NCBI GenBank assembly: GCA_000934665.2
Contig: JYFJ02004344.1
Coordinates: forward strand, 1 to 32,791
Source of the DNA: Catajapyx aquilonaris
Taxonomy: Eukaryota
Direction: 5' to 3'
DNA: 32,791 nucleotides
In this document: in pieces, positions 13,455 to 23,706 of the stretch
Layout of the letters: each line of letters opens with the position of its first letter
Numbering within the stretch: the stretch's first letter is position 1
Notes under the pieces: generated by a model
Told to the model about the DNA's origin: nothing
What the model saw: only the letters and a program-made list of their open reading frames with translations
The model's database searches: none
Translations under genes and position numbers: made by a program

Positions 13455-15399
13455 ATGAAGTTGTTGCACAGGAGCATTGACAGAGATGGAAGGGGGTAAG
13501 TTATTTTGTGATGTGTATTTTGTAACATTTATTTACCATGTTGATTTGTTTCTCTAGGAGTGTCGTACTCGTCCCGGAGGAGTCCGAAGATATGTGGCAT
13601 GCCTATAATCTAATTGCAGATGGCGACTGTGTTCGGGCTTCCACCATCAGGTTAATATTTTGCTCTTGCACATCTATTGTTTGGGATTATACATTTAAAC
13701 TGCAAATTCATTGAAATTTCAGTGAAAGTGGAACTTGAATAATAAACAACAACAACAACAACAAAAATAATAATAATGTTGCAATTTGCAGAAAAGTCCA
13801 GCAGGAGACTGCAACTGGGTCATCATCCAGCAATCGTGTACGCACGGTTTTGATGATTCAAATAGAGGACATTGACTTTGACACCCAGGGATGCATGCTC
13901 CGCCTGAAAGGACGAAATGTGCAGGAGAACCAATATGTCAAGATGGGGGCACGTCACACGCTCGACCTTGAGTTAAACCGCAAGTTCACTCTCATGAAGC
14001 AGGAATGGGACTCGATTGCTCTAGACAGAGTTGACCAAGCATGTGACCCCACCCAGGTGAACTGCTTCTTAATTGATAGATTTGAAAGTCACTGATATAT
14101 GTGCCGTTGTTATTTACAGAATGCTGATTTAGCTGCTGTGGTGATGCAAGAAGGTCTGGCTCATGTAACCCTAGTGACTTCCAGCATGACCCTAGTCAGG
14201 GCAAAGATTGAACAGTCTATACCTAGGAAGCGCAAGGGGAATGTTTCCCAGCATGATAAGGTCGGTACAGTTGCAAGATTCATTGAAAATGGGGGCACCC
14301 ATACATTATTGAAATTAAAATGCGAAATTTATATCATTTTTGTCAGTAATTCATGTGTCATTTCGTATCATCGTAGGGATTGAACAGATTCTTCGAAAGT
14401 GTACTCCAAGCACTCCTTCGTCACGTCAACTTTGACATAGTCAAGTGCGTGTTGATTGCCAGCCCTGGATTTGTCAAGGACCAATTCTATGAATACATGT
14501 TTCAACAGTCAGACAACAAAGTTCTGATTGATAACAAAGGAAAGTTTGTCCTTGTTCATGCTAGCAGTGGATTCAAGCACTCATTAAAAGGTTATACATA
14601 ATTCTGCAACAGTCAAACAACAAATTAATTTTTATTCACAATGAATTTTAACATTTTCAGAAGTACTGGCAGATCCTGCACTGATGGGACGCCTCTCGGA
14701 CACCAAAGCTGCAGGGGAAGTGAAGGCCCTTCAGAGCTTCTATGCTGTCCTACAAACAGAGCCTGCTAAAGCATTCTACGGGTTGAAGCATGTCGAAATG
14801 GCAAATGAGTCCCAGGCCATTGAGACACTTCTTATATCTGACAATCTCTTCAGGTTGGAAAACTTATGAATATTGTTTAGATACTCAAGCATTTCATCAA
14901 GCAGTGGCATCAAATGAGACTTGATTTAAGAAATTAGGCATTTATTAATTCCGTTAATTTGCCATCATGTAAGTTTTGGATGAGCTTCTGCCATGATTTA
15001 AAGGTTTGACATAAGCTACAATTTTCTATCCTCCTGCCTATCTCTTATGATAAAAGAAATGAAATGCTGGAGCAATCATCGAGACGTTGCCTGAAGATTT
15101 ACGTAAACATTGTTATCACACTCTCATGTTCTGTTTTGTCAGGGCAAACAGTGTTTCTCAGAGGAAACGGTGCGTAGCACTGGTTGACAGTGTACGAGAG
15201 TGTGGCGGGGACGTGAAGGTGTTCTCCAGTCTCCATGTCTCGGGTGAACGTATGTCATACGATTCTGGCTACTTGTCACGTGTATCTCAGATTGGTTTTA
15301 ATTTCAGAGCTGGACCAGTTGACGGGTGTGGCTGCTATTCTGCGTTTTCCATTGCCCGACATAGAAGACACCGATAGTGAGGATGACAATGCAGAATGA
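13455..15399 (+). CDS. pelo: Protein pelota (Dom34; eRF1-family ribosome rescue factor), 381 aa, 8 coding exons
   Basis: Exons 13455-13495, 13558-13650, 13792-14056, 14120-14260, 14377-14590, 14661-14853, 15143-15249 and 15308-15399, all GT-AG and in phase. Motifs: [101 protein letters not shown]. Confidence 0.97.
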
Positions 15400-15647
15400 C
15401 GATGCTAATCTTTTAGGCCCACTGTCTTCTTTAAGAGATATTTGTTCATACTCGTGTGTTGAATATTTATGCAGAAGTAATATAAAATTCTGACTGATCA
15501 AACAAGTTTGGTTCTTTTCATCCTATGCTTATTCACCAGTTCACCTAGTTCATGTCAGTCATGCTCGAGACATGTTCTCCCACGGTTTCCCTGAAGAGAA
15601 TCCAAATGAAACAAATGCTGCAGTACATTGTTATTTTATTCTTGAAA

Positions 15648-17865
15648 CTAAGCTTGAATTTTCTTGGCTTCTCTCCTCTGCTTTGAAGCCTGTCGATCCA
15701 ATTCTTGTCGCTTGCTTGTAAGAAGTTGTGCTTCCCTCTGCGTACGCTTGGTCCCTCGCATTATGTTGCGGTAAAGTCGCTTCTGCTTCTTCTTGATCAT
15801 CATTACGCGCAGGCCCCGTGTCTCCCTGTCCTCCTGTGCCTTGATAGCCTCAGGGTTGTCTTTTTCAATCTCACCAGCTTTAACTGACATTTTGATTTTC
15901 TAAACAAAAAAAAATGAGACGGATTACATTCATTATCATCAGGTACTAAATGACATCATACCTTGACACTTGGCTGCTGTTTTCCGAATTTCCTTCGCCT
16001 CGGTGTCACTGTTGGTTGATCCTCATCCTCACTCTCTTCGCTTTCTTCATCTGGCTTGACTGAAAGGGACATTGCATTTAGCTTATTCACAACTCCTGAT
16101 TACATAATGCTGAAACACTTCTACTGCCCTATGTAAACAATATACGCAGGGTTGTGGAACGTTTTCCAGGAAATAAAAATTGGAGCAAGGAAAGGTCCCA
16201 TTGGCAACAAGTTGCTACTATGAAAAACTATCATATTACCAGTGCGTGCTCCTTTCTGGGTTTCCGCTTCCATCAAAGCCTTCCTTTCTGGTGGCACGTA
16301 AGTACCAGGCTTGTCCTCCACAAATGGCGATAAGTGTGGGGGAAGAACAGCCCCCATAAAGTAGTCCTCAACTGGAAGCAGCCTCCTCTCATTCAGGGAG
16401 TCAAACACCCACTGCGGCTGGATGTAGTATCTGGACATGAACTGCTTCTCCATTTTCTTCCTGTCAACTACTTGGTGTGTAATTGACTCATCCTCCTCAC
16501 CGTATGTGGCCCCCACAAATAAAGTCTTGTCCCAGCTGACTTCCCCTCCCAGCGCACGGATGCAGAATGTCAGGGGTTCTCGGGGTACCTCCCGGTTCAG
16601 GAAGAATTTCAGTCCAGAGAAGAGAGAGCGGAGACGCTTCAGGCTTTCCGCTTCTTTCCGGGTATCTTCCAGGTTATCGCCTTCAGGATTTGGAAATTCA
16701 TCCAGTTCTGGTTCCTCCTCTTCTTCAGACCTGTGTGCCTTACGAAGACTCTGGTTCAGAGCAGCCACCCGCTCTGTCATCAGCTCCTCTGCAGAGGCCA
16801 TCTCTTTCTCAGCATCCGAGTCTACAACAAAAATTAGACAATTGTTACTTTTCAGGTTGTCAATGCTGACAACTCGATGACGTTAGTTTCGAAATGTATT
16901 CCACGTTTCCGCACAATATGCTACAAAATGGAACATATTCTGAGACTTGAGGAAATTGTTATAGCACTCTGAAGTTGTAGCGTGTTTCACAAGAAAAAAA
17001 ACATCCCACAAAATTCTAGGTGCATTGCTGTTCATGCTTCTTTCATGGTTTCAAAGTATCCTTCCGATAAAAATAAAACAAATGATTGTTATAGCTAACC
17101 TGCACATCCATGTAACTTGGGTGGGTAGAACATGTTGAGCGTGTGATACAGCCTGAAGTTGACGAACCCAAGCAAAGTGTTGTAGAACTCAACAAAATGT
17201 GCCATCACCTTGAAGTCAACCTCAGCCGGGTGCTGTGGTTGAAACCCAAAATAATGTGGTACAATCCAAGTCACCTTCCGGCCTTTGATCTCTGCCTGGA
17301 AGTAGTACCCCTTGATGCTCACAAACACCTTTCTAAGTGCTCTTGTATCAATCACGTAGTGCATGAATTCAGATGTGAGTCGCCGGCAGAGGTGTGAGGT
17401 TCGAGGCGGGATCACACGCAGGGTTGGAAAGGTGGAAAACAGGGAGCACATGGTTAGGCAGTCATCCAGGTCACCAATGGCATGCATGAAGGTTGGATAC
17501 CGCTCCTTCACGATGTGATCTATGCTGAATTCCTGTCGGTTTTCCTGGATCCTCTTCATTTTTTCCATGTCGCCCCGGTTCTTGGCTTTGGCCTGCTTCC
17601 TCAAGTGGACCTTCAAATCTCTAAGCTTCCACAATACTGGCTCATGTATCAGGAACTGTATGTCCTTCTTGTAGTACAGGGTCTTCTTCTCCACCACCCC
17701 CTTCTGCGCCCGCTTCCATTTGCGAGGCTCCCTCGGGTACACCCCCTTCAGAATGCAGAGGTAACGGAAGGCCTTCAGGCTCAACTGCAGCTTGCGAACA
17801 GCCTGCTTGCGGGAGATGTACAGGGTGGCCTCCCCACGCTCGAACTGCTTCTTGCGCTTGCCCAT
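15648..17865 (-). CDS. PES1: Pescadillo homolog (PES1/Nop7; PeBoW complex, BRCT domain), 565 aa, 4 coding exons
   Basis: Exons 17100-17865, 16240-16821, 15962-16059 and 15648-15899, in phase. Motifs: [64 protein letters not shown], and the BRCT segment [18 protein letters not shown]...ITHQVVDR...[10 protein letters not shown], followed by LPPHLSPFV. Confidence 0.97.
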
Positions 17866-18894
17866 CCTGCTCTAGGCTATCCAACCACACTGGAAAACCA
17901 CAAGACTAATTACACAAATTTCTGCGTCAAAAAGAGGCTGTCCTATATGTGGGAACCTGAGGAAACCCCGAGGGGTTATAGTTGACCTCCCAGTGACTAG
18001 CCCCACCGGAAACCCTGCCATACCCAGGTTTCCACATGGTTGGAAACTGGCCAGCCCTAGTGTGGCTTATTACCAATCAGCCGTACCTCCGATGCAAACC
18101 TGGACAACACCCCACAAGCACGGACACGGGAGGAGCAGCGGTGCGACGGACAAACAACGTGGTCCCCTAGAAGCCTACTTGACGCATATTCGTCCGCCAG
18201 GTGGCACAACGATCGGCGAGGCAGGTGGCGCCATCTGTGCCTTCACCGCCACTTTCAAATCTTTTGCCCAAGTTTCTTCTTGTCTGTCAATAATGGTTCG
18301 GGCCCCAGGGTTATGCCAATTACACCGGACTGCCACAGACTGAGGGACCTGGCAAAGAAATATTCTTCGACACAATATGTGAAGGTCATATTGATTGATC
18401 GCTCAGGTGAAGCAGGTGTGCTTTTTAGCGTGTTTGCAAGATGGAAATGACAGACTCGATGTTCGTAATCAATGATGGTAAAGTGCATATTGAGGCGGTT
18501 GCGCAGTTCTGGCCTCGGGCGAGCAATAGTGGGGAACAGACCACACACCTGTGGGATATGTCGCATGTAAGAGGGTTGTTATTATGCCGTTCAATACTGC
18601 ATATGACGTTCTGCCGATTCTCGTGTAAGATTCATGCTCGTTGATATGCATTTCCCGAAAACATGTACACTGCAACCCGATTGAAAGAGACCTTCACTTG
18701 AATTTTTGTCTGGTATGTAGATAATGTAGGTGACCCTGCCTGAAACTGATACTTCGCTACCAGATAGCACACAGATTTCGGCTTACGCGATACGCGTACT
18801 CCGAAGATACGCACAAGATATTTTTACAAATAATAACAGATCTACTTACCCGATCTGGGAGCACAGTATATTAATGTGTCTCTAACAATAACAC

Positions 18895-19634
18895 TGATAA
18901 ACAAGCTGTAGAAGTCTGACATAGCGTTTACATTTTCTAATGCAGTTTTTCATGCTGTATCCAAATCTTTAATTAGAATTTTAATATCAGGCTAAGTTTT
19001 TTGAGATATATCATTTTAAAGTTTGGAACTGTTTACTAGGGTTCTTTCAGAATCAAGTGGGCCTAAATGTTGCGAGACCGTCTCGGATCTTGGTGAAAAT
19101 AATCACAGATGTACTCAACTATTCCATAATTCCGCTTATACATTTTCAGCCATATTTCTCAATACCATGATGGGGGGGAAAATCGCAAAAATCTGGAAAT
19201 GGCTGAAAATGAGGCAGTTTTTGGAGATTTTTTTCTGTTAGTGGAAGTGGTCAAAACCCAATGAACATAGCCTATTTATATCAAAAGAAAGAGAAACACC
19301 AGGAGAATGCGTCTATGGAATTAGTTTTCCTCTAAAATGTAAAAATAATATTTTATAGCATTTCATTGGTCACTTTCTCAGTCACATGCCCAAGAACTGT
19401 GACCTCACAATTAGTGATGTATTTGCGTTACATTGGTCATATTTGGTGACACTAGTTGTGACCTATATAAGGTTCAGTATGTGAAGTTTGAGGCCTGGGT
19501 CATGCATGGTTCGCGAGAAAATAATAAGTATGTTTTGCAGATATACCGTTAATATTATTTTGATAAACAACCTGTAGAAATATGACATGATGTTTACATT
19601 TTCTAATGCAGTTTTTCATGCTGAATGCAAATCT
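18895..19634. repeat. Pair of ~74-bp imperfect direct repeats, probably internal to a non-autonomous DNA transposon
   Basis: 18895-18968 (TGATAAACAAGCTGTAGAAG...GTTTACATTTTCTAATGCAGTTTTTCATGCTGTATCCAAATCT) and 19561-19634 (TGATAAACAACCTGTAGAAA...GTTTACATTTTCTAATGCAGTTTTTCATGCTGAATGCAAATCT). Confidence 0.6.
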
Positions 19635-19799
19635 GAAAACTGTTTTGCTCTATCACACCAGGTCTTGAAGATGTAGAAAAATTCCATTCCCACCTCAGTG
19701 CCACCACGTCAGTGGGTAATGATTCCCTTGCTGTGTGAGTTTCGGGTGCGAGGATATACACGGTAAGACTAGTCTACATCATTTCTTATCATTAGATCA

Positions 19800-20632
19800 C
19801 AGTGTTGGTCAGGATCTAAATCCCAAACGCGTGATCTATGATCTGATCTAGGTAGCCTACTTTTAAAACGGAGTATCTGTACTTGTATCTAGATACTTTT
19901 TTCATGGGATCTATGATCTAAAGATCTGAATTTTCCAGATCATGTCTTTTTTTCGAAATGTTCCTAATAATGCTCAAATCATTTTCAAAAGATTATGTCA
20001 AGTCTAGGTAAAAAAAGGAGACCGAAGATGGCAAGTCAATATATTATGTCAAAATTTGCAAGTTTATATTATTTTTTAAATCACGGAATGTATTTTAAAA
20101 GAGAACTGTGTGCCTATTAATTGGATAAGTTTGTGTTTTTCAATTATACAAGTTCTCGTGTATTATGTATATAATTCATACTTGTCAAAATAATGAAAAT
20201 ATAGACTAATACGTAGACTATGTATGGGACATGCTGGGAATTTTATGATTATTGACTAGGCCTGTATGTTTCAACTATTTTTATGTGTGTGAAATTATTC
20301 TGTGTAGCCTACTTATTATAATATTTTCAATTGCAAGGTCATTATTTTTGACACATTCATCAATGGATCTTTTCTCAGTGTTTTCTCTTGCAATTTAGCA
20401 ATATGCCCCTGGGGCGGGTGGCAGATAATATTCAAATTCCCTGTATCCCTCTTCACTTGAACTAAACTGCCAATTGACGTAAATCACTTTAGGTTGTGTG
20501 ATCTGAAATCTGATCTAGATCATACCTAGATCCTTTAGAATTGAGAGATCTGAACTGGGATCTAGGTACGAAAACGCTGAAGTATCTGGGATCTGATCTA
20601 GATACATTTTTGGGTGATCTTTCCCAACACTG
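19800..20632. mobile_element. Non-autonomous hAT-family DNA transposon (833 bp)
   Basis: TIRs CAGTGTTGG...CCAACACTG, a perfect 8-bp TSD TTAGATCA (19792-19799 and 20633-20640), clustered subterminal GATCT/AGATC motifs at both ends and an AT-rich non-coding interior. Confidence 0.88.
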
Positions 20633-20888
20633 TTAGATCATTACCGCATCATCATTTATGGCAAGTTGTTGTTTAGAGTGTTACAAAAAAAAACTTCAAT
20701 TAATGTGATCGCCATTGTTTTTGTTATCACCTCATTTAATCCGCATAACTATTGTGTACGGATTGCATGTGTTTGCGGGCATAAATAAACCTATATATTT
20801 GCAATGTAAATATTTTACGAATCATTATTTCATATTGTAATGAATTGTTGCTATACTCTTGTGTTGTAACTTTCAGCAACAGATATAC

Positions 20889-20926
20889 GGCCTGTTGAGC
20901 GAAGGCCTACCTTCGCTCAACAGGCC
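20889..20926. repeat. Perfect 17-bp inverted repeat with a 4-nt loop
   Basis: GGCCTGTTGAGCGAAGG-CCTA-CCTTCGCTCAACAGGCC. Confidence 0.9.
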
Positions 20927-20939
20927 TATGATTTACGGA

Positions 20940-21070
20940 AGCAACCCCGGAATTTTCCTGGGAAAATCGTGGGAAACCACAGAAAACCACGGTCAGGGTT
21001 GCCGGCCCCTGGACTCGAACCCAGGACCTCCCTACTAGCAGTCGGACGCCTTAACCACTGCACCAACCAA
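20940..21070 (-). mobile_element. tRNA-derived SINE head fragment
   Basis: The minus strand reads GGTTGGTGCAGTGGTTAAGGCGTCCGACTGCTAGTAGGGAGGTCCTGGGTTCGAGTCCAGG, with an A-box-like TGGTGCAGTGG (21055-21065) and a B-box GGTTCGAGTCC (21011-21021). I saw no clear acceptor stem. Confidence 0.62.
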
Positions 21071-22146
21071 CTTCTGTATCACCGTGTGTATATAACAATG
21101 GCTCCCAAAATCGCGACCCCATGTTTGGTAGAATGCATGGTAGAATGGACTGGGGCTAAATATGTCGCATGGATGAGGGATATATTTTCCGGTTAACGCA
21201 TCACTTTAATGAGGCAATGTCCTGATGAAACAAAATGTAGTATTACAGTTAGTCCATTTTTTAAACTGACAGTGATGCCCATCTAAAAATGCCTGTTAGT
21301 CACTGCAATTATTGTGGCCGTAGAACCACGATGAAAGGCGAGAATAGTAGTGAGTAATATTGCATTGCGCAAAGTGACCTCCGTATTGCATTCGAGTATG
21401 TTACGTATTTAATATCGGCAGTCAGGTGGAGCAAGTACTGAACTATACTGACCATATTTTCAAGTCGGATTTTGTGCAAAGGGATACTGAAGGAGTAATT
21501 ATTATAAAATGCAATTTCGATTTAACATTAACAATAAAAATATAACCGCATAGTGTACGGATGGGGAATTGCGACAGTGACTTATTCAGCTAAATTGGTG
21601 CTCCAATACGGATTTGCAGCAATTGCTACATTCTCTTCTTATCTCATACTCAGAAATAGACATGTCTACCACCCCCCACTAGAAGGCAAGAAAATTAATA
21701 CCATCCATCTATTTTCCGGCGCACATTTCATGCTAGTATTTTCAGCCATCACAAACAAAAAGCCCCGCGGGCCAAACAATCGCCCAGGTTGATGTCCTGA
21801 AATGTTGACCATCTGTTTATTCCTGTCCCCATCCAACCCCTTGACATATGTCACCTGAAATTAAATCGCAAACACTCATTTCTTGCTGTCCCACTTTTCG
21901 ATACAAACGTATAGCCCCTGCAAATAAAAATCGACCGAAACACATCCGACAACATTTTCCGTCCCTGACCCCCCTTTTGAAACGAGCTCTCTCCCCAGCC
22001 CATGCAAGATTGAGTAGCCCAGGGACACTCGTGAATCATTGAAGAGCGTTGCCCGTCGATCATAACAAGAAAAGCAGCAAGCGGACGTCTAGATTGCATC
22101 AGCCGCCATGCGAAAGGTGCGTTTCCAACCCATCGGAACCTCCGGT

Positions 22147-22202
22147 TGGCGTCACTGCTGGCGTCACGACCAATCAGAAAGAGACACGATGCCAGCTCAG
22201 TT
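22147..22202 (+). promoter_or_regulatory. XBP1 proximal promoter: two CRE/ATF-like sites, an ERSE-like element and an Inr
   Basis: TGGCGTCAC at 22147-22155 and 22159-22167; CCAAT-N9-ACACG at 22170-22188 (ERSE consensus CCAAT-N9-CCACG, one mismatch); arthropod Inr-like TCAGTT at 22197-22202. Confidence 0.55.
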
Positions 22203-22285
22203 TTGCTCTCATTTGGGAGCAGCCTTTTCATATGGAGGAGGATGTTGCTTGAGGACACTTAGCGTTTCGCTCTTCCGGGTTGAGG

Positions 22286-23371
22286 ATGGCTGCTCCGAAG
22301 ACCATTGTTGTGACCACCCTCTCGGGGATGGGTCCGATCATCAAGAGTCTGCCGGTGGCTGTCAACCTGAGGAGGGAGATGTCCCCAAGGCCCAGTCCAG
22401 CTGGAAGCAGCAGCAGTGGGAGCGACATGGATGAGTCTGGGGAGGTGGGGCAGCAGCCTGGGAGGAAGAGGCAGAGGCTGGACCACCTCAGCATGGAGGA
22501 GAAGATCATGAGGAGGAAGATGAAGAACAGGGTGGCCGCACAGACAGCCAGGGACAGGAAGAAGGCCAGGATGGAGGAGTTGGAGAGCGTCGTGCAGGAT
22601 ATGGAGGAAAAGGTGAGGGACTGTTACGTAATCATGCTTAGAAGGTGTGTAGGCAAAAAAAAAGAGATGGCAGGTAGGAAATGAAACCAATTAGCCCAAA
22701 CATGGCATCTTGGTCGTGGCACATTACAGTAGGTAGGGACAACTTGGTCATGTGCTTCCCTAATCAGTGGCGTATGTTACAGTATGCTGCATTGGAGGTT
22801 CAGAACATCTCGCTGATAGTGGAAAACCAGAAGCTGCAGGAGCAGAATGAAGAGCTCCGGCTGATGCTGGAAGAGAGGCTGGCGTTGGACGCTGCCGTGG
22901 AAGAAGTCAAAGTGGTGGTTGTCAAGGAGGAAGTGCAGTCTTCACCACCCCAACTGACCCACCCGACCCCTCCCTCGTCCCCTCCTTCCTCCCCTGCCAC
23001 CCACCCAGCTCGTGCCTGCGAATCCGTCGAGTCTGCCGCACTCGTTAGTGACCCTCTGCAGAAGGGACAGGATCGCCAGGTACAGCTGGAGGTGGCTGCC
23101 ACAACCCTGATGATGCTCCTCAGCCTCAGCTCCCTCTTCTGGACATGGACCTCAGTCATGACGACTGCCTCCAGATCCTTGAGCAGCTCTCACAGTCGCT
23201 GCTTGAGCATGATACCGAGCCTGGAGAGGTGAGTTTCGTTTAATATGGCCTGAGATTGATTACCCTCAGAGTGTGATGACTAATAAGCATTCTCTTTGCA
23301 GGGCTGTCAACAAGCTGAGGCATCAGTGGTGGGGTCCACACCAGAAGGGCTGGAACCCGCCGAACAACTAA
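22286..23371 (+). CDS. Xbp1: XBP1 unspliced form XBP1u (~280 aa)
   Basis: With the 23-nt intron retained, the frame reads ESAALVSDPLQKGQ, then the hydrophobic VAATTLMMLLSLSSLFWTWTSV, then across the 23229-23301 intron to LERAVNKLRHQWWGPHQKGWNPPNN and a TAA stop at 23369-23371. Confidence 0.9.
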
Positions 23372-23706
23372 ACACCCCAACTGTCACGTGTCCAAACACA
23401 CAATTGGTGTCCGTCCTAAAGCCCTCTTCCACTGTCAGCACTTCTTCACCTGTCAGCAAATGTGGTTCAGCCGTCAAGAGGCGCCGGCATGCTCTCACAG
23501 AGGAGGAACCAGCTGAATGCATCATCCTGGACGATGACTGCTCTTCAGTTGTGCCAGAGTCAACTTGGGTTGATGTGGACATGGCTCCAAGTTGCAGCCC
23601 CAGCTCTGACCTTGGTTACGATTCCTCGCTGGACTCTCCACCCAGCCTCATGGAAACACAGACCTGGAGCGACACATTCACCGATCTGTTCCCTGACCTA
23701 CTCTAA
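22286..23706 (+). CDS. Xbp1: X-box binding protein 1, IRE1-spliced form XBP1s (~384 aa bZIP transcription factor)
   Basis: Exons 22286-22612, 22783-23228 (minus the IRE1 intron 23036-23058) and 23302-23706. The bZIP reads RKRQRLDHLSMEEKIMRRKMKNRVAAQTARDRKKARMEELE. Removing 23 nt gives an open frame (ESAEGTGSPG...LQILEQLSQSLLEHDTEPGE|GCQQ...) that ends in the XBP1s-type tail SDLGYDSSLDSP...WSDTFTDLFPDLL. An alternative in-frame exon-2 start at 22768 is possible. Confidence 0.95.
23036..23058 (+). other. 23-nt unconventional (IRE1-cleaved) intron of XBP1 mRNA
   Basis: The 5' hairpin is CGAGT-CTG|CCGC-ACTCG and the 3' hairpin is CCCT-CTG|CAGA-AGGG; both have 7-nt loops matching CNG|CNGN. The intron is CCGCACTCGTTAGTGACCCTCTG. 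Confidence 0.95.

Noticed and set aside
16437..17985. Plus-strand ORFs of 147, 100, 84 and 167 aa
   Set aside because: Antisense shadows of GC-rich PES1 exons, with no recognisable protein features.
21005..21070. Possible tRNA gene
   Set aside because: A and B boxes are present, but there is no convincing acceptor stem and the sequence continues into repeat-like DNA; a SINE head fits better.
22228..23582. Minus-strand ORFs over XBP1
   Set aside because: Antisense shadows of coding exons.
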